From Octopus bimaculoides (taxonomy: Eukaryota): a stretch of 64,000 nt of DNA. Both the position numbers and the translations under genes were made by a program. Below are positions 50,685-63,441 of the stretch, in pieces. The DNA is taken from contig NC_068982.1 of assembly GCF_001194135.2 (NCBI RefSeq), positions 29,532,356-29,596,355 of the forward strand. Reading direction: 5' to 3'. A model generated the notes under the pieces. The model saw nothing but the letters and a program-made list of their open reading frames with translations, ran no database searches and was not told where the DNA came from. The first letter of the stretch is position 1; every line of letters starts with the position of its first letter.

Positions 50685-51343
50685 CAGTGATTCTCAACCA
50701 AGGTCTATATGACCCTTGGGTGGGAGTCCAATTAAGATTTTATTAAAATGTATGTACAATAAGTTGGTTATACTTCTATAATGCACAAAATATTTTAACA
50801 ATTTGGTAAGTAGCTTGCTTACCAACCACATGGTTCCGGGTTCATTCTCTCTGTGTGGCACCTTGGGCAAGTGTCTTCTACTATAGCCTTGGGCTGACCA
50901 AAGCCTTGTGAGTGGATTTGGTAGACAGAAACTGAAAGAAGCCCATCGTATATATGTATATATGTGTGTATGTGTGTGTATATGTTTGTGTGTCTGTGTT
51001 TGTCCCCCCAACATCGCTTGACAACCGATGGTGGTGTGTTTATGTCCCCGTAACTTAGCGGTTCGGCAAAAGTGATCGATAGAATAAGTACTAGGCTTCC
51101 AAAGAATAAGTCCTGGGGTCGATTTGCTCGACTAAAGGCGGTGCTCCAGCATGGCCACAGTCAAATGACTGAAACAAGTAAAAGAGTAAAAGAGTAAAGA
51201 GCAATTTTTTTAATGCAGTTCCTAATATTTAATTATAAAAATGTAGGATTCTTATTTTACACATCAAATAGCTATAAGGACCCACTCTAATAAAGTAGGA
51301 ATCAAAGGAGTTCCATAGATAAAAATATGGTTGAGAACTACAA
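50685..51343. mobile_element. Inner Charlie-like hAT MITE
   Basis: TIRs CAGTGATTCTCAACCA and TGGTTGAGAACTACAA; 8-bp flanks CCCTAGAC and CCCTACAT. Confidence 0.7.
50805..51201 (+). mobile_element. SINE family B, young and slightly 5'-truncated, with target-site duplication
   Basis: CAATTT flanks both ends (50799-50804 and 51202-51207); tail AAAGAGTAAAAGAGTAAAGAG; CpGs retained. Confidence 0.92.
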
Positions 51344-51760
51344 CCCTACATACATGAGGCCCCTGGGCAACTGCCTACTGAGCCCATGTCTTAAGACAGC
51401 ACTATAAAGAATTCAAACTTATAAAAAACAGCAGTAGAAAATTGGCTGGCATTTTATTAGCGTGCTGTGCTGAGTTGATCTTGAGAAGTCACTTCTGTAG
51501 TTACACTCAGAACAAACTTTTACTGATAATTACAGATGAATCTGTGCTTGGATTTTGAATCTTAGCTTTCATTATAGGCTGTGTGCAATGACTGATGAGG
51601 CACAGACCAATGCAAAGTTGATGATTCATTTAATAAATATTCATTGTTTCATGAGATGCAATCAGTCAAGCTATGCCGAAGTAAGTGTAGCCTCACTAAT
51701 TGCCTTGCTTGAAATTATGAGTGAGTATGGAACAAAATCTTTGATTTTAAGAGGCTAATT

Positions 51761-51793
<33 letters not shown>

Positions 51794-53280
51794 CTTGGTT
51801 GTCACTATGCAAAATTCTTATGTCCTGCGAACAGACCACAGTGGTGAGTGGAAGATGTGTATTTGTGTAGCATTTAATATTCAGCTAGTACATGTATCAT
51901 ATAATCCGCTCTACTTAAAAGCACTGAATCTTTGTATATATAGTTTGTTCCCTGCCTTTTTCTTAGAACAAACATAAACAAAGCTATACTCTAATATATG
52001 TATTGAATACTATTATTCTTGTTTACATCTTGAATGTAAACGTGTATATGTATATATATATGTTTGATTTATGTATGTGCATATACCCCCCCCCACACAC
52101 ATATATATATTTATGCCCACACATATACAATCACAGGCTTGTCATATATGCACAAGCATTACATTATAAATGCAGTTATTGAATGTAAGCAAGGTACAGG
52201 TATGGCAGATAGGTGCAAATGTAGCTGTATGGTTAAGAAGTTTGGTTTGTAACCACGTTTCCAGGTTCAATCTTACTGTGTGGTTATTTGGACAAGCATC
52301 TACTGCAAAAGTCTTGGTTTGACTGATGCTATGTGAGTGAAATTTGGTACACAGAAACTGTGCAGGAGCTTGCGTATGTGTGTGTGTGTATGCGCACGTA
52401 AGTGTGCTCATTTCTGAGTAATTTTTGCCTTGAGTCTGCTTAAGCAGTGGTAGCCTTGTTTATATTCCACATAAATAAAGAAAACGTCCAGCAACTTAGT
52501 GGCTCAATATGTGAAGATGTGGAATAAAGTAACTTACTTGTAAACAATGTTTTGGCATCAGGATGGGCATACAGCTATAAAATGCCCAGTGGTATAAAGT
52601 AGAAGACACTAACCCAAGGTACCATGCAGTTGGATTGAACCCAGAACCACATGCTTGGGAAGCGAACATTTTACCACACACCCATGTCTGCACCTATGTA
52701 ATTTTTTTTTTTTAAAGATTCTCTTTGTTTTTGAAGCAAATACTTGCTATAAATAGCAAGTTTTCAATTGATACAAAAGACCATTAGGATAAAATAGATA
52801 AATGTCATAGGCAACATCATCAACATATCAGTTTTTTTTTTCCTATTCCTAATGGATCTTTCCAGAAGGAAACATTTGATTTCTCCTAATTATCTCAACT
52901 GAAACTTAACAACATGAAAGAATATCACAGGAAATGGAACAGCGTGTTTCTCATGTTTAAGTTCAACACTCTAGTCCATTATCTTGTCCATCATAATACA
53001 TAGACTTACTACTGTTATCTATACTCAAGACAGATTAGAGTATTTCTAGCTACCATCTCTGCTGTTCTATAGATTTTTGAATTGCTAAATTAAACAGAAT
53101 ACTTCCAACTTCTATGACTTCAACAACATTTATGATTTAAGAGGAGCAAGCATAACAATCTCCAAATAATTTTCATCTGCAAATTAGCAATGTGGAATAT
53201 TTTCATTTTATTACTTTATATCAATCCAATTTTATTTTATAGCATGGAGTTGGGGCATCTTTATATACATACATACATAC

Positions 53281-53327
<47 letters not shown>

Positions 53328-53367
53328 NNNNNNNNNNAAAAAACCTTTATCGGTAAAACCATTTATC

Positions 53368-53559
53368 ATCATAAATATACAGGGATTATCATTGAGTTGC
53401 TTCTCCAACATACTGAAAATTTAGAAATAGCAGTCAAAGAACTCGCCATCCGTTTAGAGAAAAATTTGTAGTTTAGAATCAGTAGTTCTTTGACTGCTAT
53501 TTCTAAATTTTCAGTATGTTGGAGAAGCAACTCAATGCTAATCCCTGTATATTTATGAT
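53368..53559. repeat. Inverted repeat (76-bp arms, 40-bp spacer), foldback/MITE-like
   Basis: 53368-53443 and 53484-53559 are reverse complements with 1 mismatch; TA-CAGGG..CCCTG-TA lies inside the ends. Confidence 0.95.
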
Positions 53560-53716
53560 TATATATATATATATGTATATGTATATATGTATATGTATAT
53601 ATGTATGTATCGGAGTTTATGTTATATATTCTGTTCCTCTAAATCATATGATCTCAAGTTAACGTTACTCTCTTATTTGAGACTGGTGAGAGAGCCATAA
53701 GAAACGTAAGCATTAA

Positions 53717-53943
53717 CCTTTTAGCATTCAGATTGCTCTGTCAAATGTTGAGATAATTTATTGACATTGTTTTGAATTAATCGCACACTATCTCATAGCT
53801 TTGAAATTTTGATGATGTGGTTGTATATTTTTAGAACAACATCGTAAGATAGATATGTGAGGTTAGATCTGGCTGGTTGTTTGAACATAAAACAAGTTGA
53901 ATATTTATTTTGGCCAGATATAACCGATTTAAATGCTAAAGAG
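53717..53943 (+). mobile_element. piggyBac-type MITE (family E)
   Basis: TTAA (53713-53716) CCTTTTTAGCATT..AATGCTAAAGAG TTAA (53944-53947). Confidence 0.8.
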
Positions 53944-54201
53944 TTAAAAAATTGTCTACAAATATATATTTTGAAATCTAGAGTTCCCTAACCGTGCCAG
54001 TAGACTACATAGATGATAACATTCAGCTCTGTTGACAATATAGTGTTCTTCTTTCATTTCTAATTTTCTGTAGAAACTTTTGATCCTAACTATATATATA
54101 TATATGTATAAAAAATTTAGATTCAAGGTGAATATGGTACTTAAGTTTAGGTACCAGAATTAAGTATGGTATTATCCAAACAATTCCAAAATAAGGTGAT
54201 T

Positions 54202-54239
<38 letters not shown>

Positions 54240-54321
54240 TGTGTGTGTGTTCGCGTGTGTGTCTGTGAGTATGTATATACACCATAAGTTCAAACATATA
54301 CACGTTTTTCTTTCTTTCGGA

Positions 54322-54355
<34 letters not shown>

Positions 54356-54419
54356 ACACACACGCAACATGATTGTGTGATTAAGAAGGCTGCTTTCCAT
54401 CAATCTGATTTCAACTTTA

Positions 54420-54819
54420 TATAATATCCTGTGTCAGCCTTTAAGTTTTGAGATCAAATTATGTCAAAGTCAATTCTGTATTCATCCTTTTGGGGTTGAT
54501 TAAAAAAATTACCAGTCAAGTACTGGGACAGATCTAATCGACCTGCTCCCCACCCCAAATACCAAGCCTTGTACACTATTAGAAACAGTCATTATTATTA
54601 GGGCAGTGAGCTGGCAGAATCATTAGCACTCTGGGTGAAAGGCTTAGCAGCATTTTGTCCATCTTTATGTTCTGAGTTCAAATTCCGCTGAGGTCGACTT
54701 GGCCTTACCTACTTTCAGGGTTGATAAATTAAATACCTGTGGAACACTGGGGGCTAATGTCAATGTAATTGACACATTTCCTCCCCCAAAATGGCTGCCC
54801 TTAAGACACGATTTGAAAC

Positions 54820-54873
<54 letters not shown>

Positions 54874-54892
54874 CATTATTATTATTATTATT
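54420..54892 (+). mobile_element. Two tandem SINE family A copies (about 54420-54600 and 54599-54820) with (ATT)n tails
   Basis: Second copy has head GGGCAGTGAGCTGGCAGAATCATTAGC, B box GAGTTCAAATTCC, and ends GATTTGAAACC(ATT)n. Confidence 0.85.
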
Positions 54893-54987
54893 CAAGTGGT
54901 GGATTGTCTGAATCGGTAGAGGTTTGTCCAAAATACACTAGTTTACTGCATGAGAATATATATTTAACACACATAGGNNNNNNNNNN

Positions 54988-55030
<43 letters not shown>

Positions 55031-55589
55031 ACATTTGCGTGTTAAGTCTTATGATGAATATCACTTCAAATGTGATAATAACCAAATTAGTTTAATATTT
55101 TAAGGTTTCAAACAGACTTATGTCCAGAGGCCAGCTGCAAACCGACAACATGTTTCAATACAGCAATCATTTGAATTTATGCAACACTCTCTGGTTTCTT
55201 CTACTTCAGTTTGTATAAATTGTTGATATATTTCTACTGTGATGTTATTTATTATTTCTTCAGATTTTTTGTTGTTTATAATAGTCTTCTCTTTTTCCTT
55301 TTTTCTTTTTTTCTTAATTTATAAATTCAAAGAAGATTCCTGTCATTCTTTTAGACAACACAGATGTGAAATAAGTATTGATATGAATATTTCAAATTTT
55401 ATCAAATAACAACCGAAATGTCATGTAAAACTTGAATAAGACAACCCTTTCTGCCTTGATAAATTTTCAATACAAAATTATATATATCTATGTGTGTGTG
55501 TGTGTGCGTGTGTGCACGCATGTATGTTTTCATACACACACATACATTTATATGTATGTTTCCTTTCGATGTAAATTGGATTAACAAAT

Positions 55590-55800
<211 letters not shown>

Positions 55801-56009
55801 TTGTTTCATATTTGAATTTTGTTTGCTAATACTTATTTGATTCACTCCAGTAGCATCTAAATTCAAATATTCTATTCCATGTCTTTAGAAGCTGAAAATT
55901 ACAAATTGTTATTTCATTTAGAGAAAAATTTTTAAAAAATGAAGTAACAGTTTTAGTTTCTTTCTGATTCTATTATCCTTATAATCGTTCCTAACTTTTC
56001 CCCCTTTAT

Positions 56010-56400
56010 TTTCCTGAATTCTTTTACTTGATTCAGTCATTTGACTGTGGCCATGCTGGAGCATCACTTTTAGTTGAACAAATCGATCCCAGGACTTATT
56101 CTCTGTAAGAGTGGTACTTATTCCATCGATCTCTTTTGCTGAACTGCTAAGTTATGGGGACATGAACACATTAACATCGGTTGTCAAGTGATGGTGGGGT
56201 TTACAAACATGTACACATATATTGCTAAATCCCCAAGTATTTTTATTTTATTCTCTCTCTCATTATTTTCTCTTATTCCTTTCTCTTGAAGAGTGTAGGC
56301 TTGAAACGTAAAAGAATTTCTCACTTCTCTGAGCATCAAGCCAATACACCTGCTTGTTGTTCATACACTTGTCTTCGTCTTTTGTTTTTCTGTAAATTTC

Positions 56401-56447
<47 letters not shown>

Positions 56448-56805
56448 ACCAAATTCGATGACTGGCACCTGTACCAGTGAAGCGCTAACAACACCATCTG
56501 AGCATGATCATTGCCAGAGCAGCTGTCTGGCTTCCATGCCTGGTGCAGCCATCTGGTTCGCCAGTCCTCAGTCAAATCGTCCAACCCATGCTAGCATGGA
56601 AAGCAGATATTAAACGATGATGATGATGACATATATATCCAACAGGCTTCTTTCAGTTTCCGTCTACCAAATCTACTCAGAAGGCTTTAGTGAGCCTGAG
56701 GCCTTAATAGAAGATACTTGCCCAAGGTGCCATGCAGTGAGGCTGAACCCAGAACCATGAGTTTGAGAAGTAAGCTTCTCACCATACAGCCACTCCTGCA
56801 CCTAT
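56010..56805 (-). mobile_element. SINE family B split (3' half about 56010-56215, 5' half about 56640-56805) by two insertions in its central microsatellite
   Basis: The two halves are colinear with 22658-23054. Between them lie a TA-tailed Penelope-like repeat (about 56270-56445) and a family C copy (56446-56630, plus strand). Confidence 0.75.
56279..56314 (+). ncRNA. Hammerhead-like architecture with altered core (variant or relic)
   Basis: CTTT CTCTTGA A GAGT-GTAG-GCTT GAAA CG TA AAAG: 4-bp stem I, stem II with two G-T pairs, palindromic ACGT, GUA triplet; core has 2 mismatches to CUGAUGA. Confidence 0.4.
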
Positions 56806-57159
56806 ATCTAAGTTTGTATGTAGCATATGGTTAGATAATTTTTTGACAATTTCAACTCGTGGCCTTGTGGAAAAGGTATTAAGTTCACTATCAAAAAGGT
56901 TATGGGTTTATTTCTTAGACTCGGCAACAAATTGTGTCCTTAGTCAAGGCACTTTATTTCATGTCATTTCAGTCTGCCCAGTTGAAATGAATACCAGTTC
57001 ATTGCTAGGACAGCCCTTTTTCCTTGCAGCTGTCAAATTCTGTTAGTTGGGTTATATGTGCAGTAAAAACCAAGAAGGTGACCACATAGGCACTGAAAAT
57101 AATTTGTGAAAACATAGTATATGCTTTCAAGTCCTCTATTCCTAGAGACAGCCATAGCA

Positions 57160-57221
57160 GAGCAGCAGTGGCAGCAGCAGCAGCAGAAGCAGCAGCAGCA
57201 GTAGTAGTAATAGTGGTAGTG

Positions 57222-57263
<42 letters not shown>

Positions 57264-57269
57264 ATAGTG

Positions 57270-57308
<39 letters not shown>

Positions 57309-57320
57309 ACAACAGCAGCA
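57160..57320. repeat. (GCA)n/(GTA)n trinucleotide tract
   Basis: Direct inspection. Confidence 0.9.
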
Positions 57321-57599
57321 TAGGTGTGCTTTACCTCTTAGCTTTAAACTTACATCTATATCTCATCTAAACATTTCAAAGCAAGTACATTAAAATACAC
57401 ATTTATGAATCAGCAATCGCTGTCATTTACACCAGCAATTTAGCCATGAACCACAGAGTACCACTTTTCAGCCTGTGAACATTGCATTATCTAATTCCTT
57501 TCGATGACATAAATCCCTCCTGCTCTGGCTCTAGCTCTGGTTCTAGCTTTGGCAAACCTCAGTTTTAACTAACATGACATATACTCCAAATACTTGACT

Positions 57600-59150
57600 T
57601 CTCGCTATGAGTAACGACAAGTAGTGGTTTGGAATTTCCCCTTTCCACCACTCATCTCATTCATTTGTAGTTCAGCTACAAAGATACCACTCTGATTTAT
57701 ATTTTCACTTTCTAAGACTTAGCAAATCCTCAACTCATTCTGTGAGTCAAATAAAGCTATCATCACTACTGATTAAAGGCTTTGCCTGTATTTTTTAATA
57801 TTTTTTCAGTTTGGGGTTTCTGCTCCTCATTCTTCTGAAGCTTATCTCATTCATTCCTTTATTTTGTTTGTTGTCATTCTGTTTCATTTTTGGTCTATCA
57901 AGACTGAATCTGTTAACCTTTCTGTCTACTTGTCATTGATTCTCTCAACATGTCCCGTCCAAATCCATTTCAATGATTTTGTAAATTTGACAGGATCTTT
58001 TACTTTCATTTGTTTTGATATCTTTTCCGTTGTTCTGTGATTCTTCTAAATTATTTTAAGCATAATGTTGTCATTGAATGTGTTAAGCTTTTCTTAGCTT
58101 GTTAGTTACTTTCTTTTGAGTTTTTTGTGTCATGTTCTCTGTCTCTGAATCATTTTTGTGATGAAGCATCACTTATATACCTGTTTTTTAATGCTAAAAG
58201 CAATTTTCTTAAAAATGGAATTTTCTTCCTCAAAAGTTTGTCAGCTTAATGTTAATTTGTCATTTGATTTCTTTATTTTCACTCAGTTGTGTTCTTATAA
58301 GTTGGCCAAGATAGGTATAACTGTTCACTATCTGTAAAATATTTCTTCAATTTCCAATACTAGAACTTCACTTTATCAGTTTGTTGAAAATAATTTTTGT
58401 TTTTCTCTGAATATCATTTTTCTTTCTACTGCCTTGGTTTAAGTAATCAGTTATTCTAACATAGAATGAAGTTTGGTTAAATCTTCTGATACAAGTAGTA
58501 TGTCAACTGTAAATTGAAAGCATATGAGAAACTTGCTGTCAGTTTTAATTTTAACTTCGTCTTCATCGTAATGCACTTTTCAAAACACTTCTTTATGAGC
58601 AGGCTGTGAAAAAAATTAAGGGAAATACAATTTCCATGTCTTGCACACATTTGGAATAAAAATTGGCTCTAATATTTGTGTAGCTTGTTCAAAGATTTAG
58701 CATGATGGTAGATGCATTTAAGATATTGACGTATGTTGGTTCTGCACCTTGGTTTGCTATGGCTGTCATCACTCCTGATAGTTCCGCAGGAGTGAATGAT
58801 TTTATATAATATGCACAGGCTATGTAGAACATGATGCTATTTCCATTGATTTTCAATTAATTCATTCAAGTCATTTAGGGGATTGACTTTCTAAATCTAA
58901 CCAATCACAGTTTGCTTTGGGTTGAGGACATCAACTTCAACAATGTAGTCTTCAAAATCCTAAATGACTTCCATGGCTTTAACCCATTTCCTTCGTCTGA
59001 TCCACATAGTCCACTAGCTTAAATATTTACAGTTCTGAACGACTTACAATAATTAATCTCATCAATCACTAGAGTTTCTGATTTACATAATACTTTTAAG
59101 CTATATCTCACCTGCAGACTTGGTGTTCACTCTGATGTTACAACAGCCAT
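57600..59150 (-). mobile_element. Large degenerate RTE-clade LINE ORF2 (reverse transcriptase) relic
   Basis: Minus strand at about 58830-58430 gives YIKSF..SGVMTAIANQGAEPTYVNIL..KCVQD..FFTAC..EVF..IKTDSKFLICFQFTVDILLVSEDL, the RTE RT run from DY.KAFD through QGD, FTACLEEVF and RFADDI; many stops and frameshifts; outer limits approximate. Confidence 0.7.
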
Positions 59151-61139
59151 AATTCTAGGATACCTGAGTTGTTGGTTTATTACTGCAAGTCACTGTAGAC
59201 CAAAATGTTACTTTAGTTTTACATGTAGATTAATCAGTTGAAATCCACCAAATCTCAGTTAAGTAATACTAACAGTAAGAAATCTTTCATAGTTGACCAA
59301 ATATGAAGTAACGAAACACCTAACAGAACCGAACACTCAAGGAATATTTGCCCAAATATATATATATACTAAGAAACCATGTAATTCAATAATTGTTAAG
59401 TAATTTACAAAATGTGTTTTTCTGTAATGCTACATGCTATTGACATACTCTAAAATAGTTCAAATAAATCACTTCCTATCACTCATTTTTGTCAGTTAGT
59501 CTTCAATTAGGATAACTTTGCCTTCTTATCTTTTTGTTATATTGGTATTTCTGGTGTCTAAGGAGTCCAGTCTTTGCATAAAACGTGACTACACACAAGT
59601 TACACTTGATAGAAAGAGCTAGAAATGTTTGGAGTCGGTGATTTTTCATGTTTATTGAGTGTACAAATTACAGTGTACTGATTTTCTTGTGCAAAGTGTA
59701 CCAATTGCAATGTCTGTTATTGCACTGAACACCTTATTCCCTTCTAAAAATCTAAGCCATTAAACTTCTTTCAGAAATTCTTATTCCTAATTGAAAAGTA
59801 GGAAAGATAGCAGAAACAATGATGACTGGTGTAGGTAGTTTGCAACATTTCACTTAATATTCTACTATTTAGAGTTCAGTTTAAGTTAGGATCAGCTTTA
59901 TACTTCTTAAGTCTGGTGGAGATAAATAAATATCAGTCAAGTTGATTTAATCTTTTTTTTCTTTATTTCCTCCTCTATGAAATTGATATTATGATGAGGC
60001 AATAAAAATTATGTTCATTAATTTATCTAATTTATGTATTTATTCAAAATAAAAATTTGTGATTATATTTGAGCAGAAAAAAAAAAAGAAATCTCTATTA
60101 AAGTCAGTAAAGGATCTTTGTAATCATGTAGTAAAAATAGAAGACAGCAGAGAAAGAAAAGTGAACTTGATTTAATTAAATGAAAGCATAAATTGTATTC
60201 TGTACTCTCATGGCATGGAACAGACTTCTTGGAGTCCTTAACTCAAAGTCAATCTAACGGTGAAACCTAACCCTAACTAATTTTGACTTGAAACTGCTAA
60301 AATTTGTAACAGAATTAATTTAGGATGAATTATCGGGGAAAAAAATTGTTGTGAAATTAAGATGGCTGATTGAGGTGAATGAAAGAATGTTGATTTGAAA
60401 TGATGAAAGGAGCAAGATGAAATAGAGATATGGAAGTGATATTCACATGAAAGGATATTTTTCTTACTGATAAACAAAATATCACCACCATCATCACCAC
60501 CATCAATACATTTGGCACTATTAACCCTGTCTTTAGAATAAAATATGCACCAACATGGAAGAAGATACAGTTCACTGCTGTCGGCATCAGAATAATTGAC
60601 AAGGATTTTTTTTTTTTTGTATGCATGTGTATGTACTGTGATGAGCTAAAAGCCTCCAGAGGCAAAAGCTTCTACAACAGTATCTACAACAACAACAACA
60701 ACAGCAACAGCAACAAAAATACAGGAATGAAATAAACTCGTGCTCTGAACAAGAGCGTGAACAAGAATGAAACAAGCTTCTTCCTCTGTAGAATAATAAA
60801 ATATCTTGTTTGTGTTCACAGTATTTTCAGATATAAAATAATTAGAACTTTTGCCATGCTTTGTAGCACTCTAATTGAATGATTTTATTGATTAATAGTA
60901 ATATGTGTAGCATGGAAAATAATTAAGAACTGATTGAGAGACAGAGAAAACAGCAAAACATGGCATTGTTAATAGTTTTACTATTTTCATTTCAATGATT
61001 ATTTGCTTTGTACCTGTTGGAATGCATAGGAAGTTTCCACATAAGAAAGGACAATTAATCTGACAAGTCTAAAGATTAAACCAATATGAACCATATCAAT
61101 AAGGTCAATGTATAAGGCTGTTATATTCTAATTTTATCG

Positions 61140-61344
61140 TTTTATCTTTTACTTGTTTCAATCAATGGATTCTGGTCATGCTGGTACACCACCTTGAATG
61201 GTTTAAGTCAAACAAATCAACCCCAGTACATTGGTCTTTTTGGGTGAACTGCTAAATTACAAGGACATAAACAAAGCAACACTGGTTTTCAAGCAGTGGG
61301 GCAGCATCACAAAGACACATTTACTCACATAGATATATACACTC

Positions 61345-61375
<31 letters not shown>

Positions 61376-61391
61376 CGTGTGCGCGTGTGTG

Positions 61392-61449
<58 letters not shown>

Positions 61450-61610
61450 GGGCTTCTTTCAGTTTCTGTCAACTAAATCCACTCACAGGGCTTTGGTCAG
61501 CCCATGGCAAAATAAGAAGACACTTGCCCAATATGCCAAGCAGTGGGATTGAACCGAAAGTGACGTGGTAGAGAAATGAACTTCTTAGCACACAGCCATG
61601 TCTGTGCCAT
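61140..61610 (-). mobile_element. SINE family B with an expanded internal (TG)n
   Basis: 3' half CTGGTACACCACCTTGAA..AACCCCAGTAC, about 110 bp TG tract, 5' half GGCTTCTTTCAGTTTCTGTCAACTAAATCCACTCAC..CACACAGCCATG. Confidence 0.8.
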
Positions 61611-62044
61611 ATAGCCACACTTGTATGCTTATAAGTGTTTACACACACACACACACACACATACACACACACTCACACATATGTATCTGTGTGTGTGTGT
61701 GTGTATGCATCTAGTTTGATACTAAGACTGGTTAACTTGTGCCCCTGAACAACACATGTCACTACAGGATGCTCCCATTTATTCAACTGAAAGTGAGTAC
61801 CAGTTGAGCGCTGGTACAACAATCCTTCCTTCTGGCTGTCACACTTCAGTACTCTGCTGTTTTGATCAAGGGTTGAAGGTCCAAGAGCGTATTTGTATCT
61901 GCTAATAACTACACAGACACCTAAAGCATTTAGTGAAAACATGGAACAAGCTACCAGACCATACTAGTGAACAACAGCTAAGCTGCTTTTTGTACTGTAT
62001 ATTTAAACAAACTAACTAGAAGTCACTTTAGTCAACTAGAAGTG

Positions 62045-62380
62045 TTGTTGGTACTCCGTCGCTTATGACGTCGAGGGTTCCAGTTGATCCGATCAACGGA
62101 ACAGCTTGCTAGTGAAATTAGCGTGCAAGTGGCTGAGCACTCCACAGACATGTGTACCCTTAATGTAGTTCTCGGAGATATTCAGCGTGATACAGTGTGA
62201 CAAGGCTGACCCTTTGAATTACAGGCACAAAAGAAACAGGAAGAAAGAGTGAGAGAAAGTTGTGGTGAAAGAGTACAGCAAGGTTCGCCACTATCCCCTG
62301 CCGGAGCCTCATGGAGCTTTTAGGTGTTTTCGTTCAATAAACACTCACAATGCCCGGTCTGGGAATCAAAACCGCGATCC
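62045..62380 (-). mobile_element. SINE sharing the family D 3' half, longer young subfamily; head runs into a gap
   Basis: GGTACTCCGTCGCTTATGACGTCGAGGGTTCCAGTTGATCCGATC..CCCTTTGAATTACAG is colinear with 43856-44177; the 5' part differs; (CAA)-type tail. Confidence 0.8.
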
Positions 62381-62989
62381 NNNNNNNNNNNNNNNNNNNN
62401 NNNNNNNNNNNNNNNNNNNNNNNNNNNNNNNNNNNNNNNNNNNNNNNNNNNNNNNNNNNNNNNNNNNNNNNNNNNNNNNNNNNNNNNNNNNNNNNNNNNN
62501 NNNNNNNNNNNNNNNNNNNNNNNNNNNNNNNNNNNNNNNNNNNNNNNNNNNNNNNNNNNNNNNNNNNNNNNNNNNNNNNNNNNNNNNNNNNNNNNNNNNN
62601 NNNNNNNNNNNNNNNNNNNNNNNNNNNNNNNNNNNNNNNNNNNNNNNNNNNNNNNNNNNNNNNNNNNNNNNNNNNNNNNNNNNNNNNNNNNNNNNNNNNN
62701 NNNNNNNNNNNNNNNNNNNNNNNNNNNNNNNNNNNNNNNNNNNNNNNNNNNNNNNNNNNNNNNNNNNNNNNNNNNNNNNNNNNNNNAAAAAAAAAAAAAA
62801 AAAAATAAATAAATAAATAAATAAATAAATAAAATAAAATAAACTAAAAAAATTGTCATGTAATTTTGACTTTGTTTCAAATTTTATTTCTCAAACATTG
62901 CAGAAATAATAAAATGAAGATTAGAGGAACAAATGGTTTTATAATCTTTAAGGAGATGACAAAAATTAAGATTTCGTAAGAAATCAGAA

Positions 62990-63142
62990 GATGACTACTA
63001 CTACTACAACTACTACTACAACCTCTACTACAACTACTACTACTACTACTGCTGCCGCCACCGCTGCTGCTGCCGCTGCTGCCGCTGCTGCCGCTGCTGC
63101 CGCTGCTGCCGCTGCTGCCGCTGCTGCTGCTGCTACTACTAT

Positions 63143-63187
<45 letters not shown>

Positions 63188-63391
63188 AGCTGTTGATGAT
63201 GACGATGACGACAACAATGATGATGATTATTATTATGATGATTTTGATGCTTTGCACTCCAGATTATGTTACTGTTGATTTGATGATGATGATGATGATG
63301 ATGATGATTGCATGGTAGTCGTGGTGGTGGCGATGGTGGTGGTGGTAGTGATAGTGGTGGTGATAATAGTAGTAGTAGTAGTAGTAATAGC

Positions 63392-63440
<49 letters not shown>
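62990..63440. repeat. Mosaic trinucleotide array: (ACT)n-(GCT/GCC)n-(ACT)n-(GAT)n-(GGT)n-(AGT)n
   Basis: Direct inspection; includes a 9-bp higher-order unit GCCGCTGCT repeated about six times around 63060-63125. Confidence 0.9.

Positions 63441-63441
<1 letters not shown>

Larger units (their letters stand above)
50590..51404. mobile_element. Outer hAT-type MITE of a three-level nest
   Basis: 8-bp flanks TAAAGAAC (50582-50589) and TAAAGAAT (51405-51412); decayed TIRs CAGGGTCATCTTAG and TTAAGACAGCACTA. Confidence 0.65.

Noticed and set aside
55141-55185. Minus-strand GAAACATGTT palindrome as a host-sense hammerhead
   Set aside because: The upstream CUGANGA is absent (CAAATGA) and stem II does not pair; at most an unrecognisable relic.
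60640-60775. Poly-Gln-like reading frame LQRQKLLQQYLQQQQ.. on the plus strand
   Set aside because: Bounded by stops, with no start or splice signals; explained by a (CAA/CAG)n tract.
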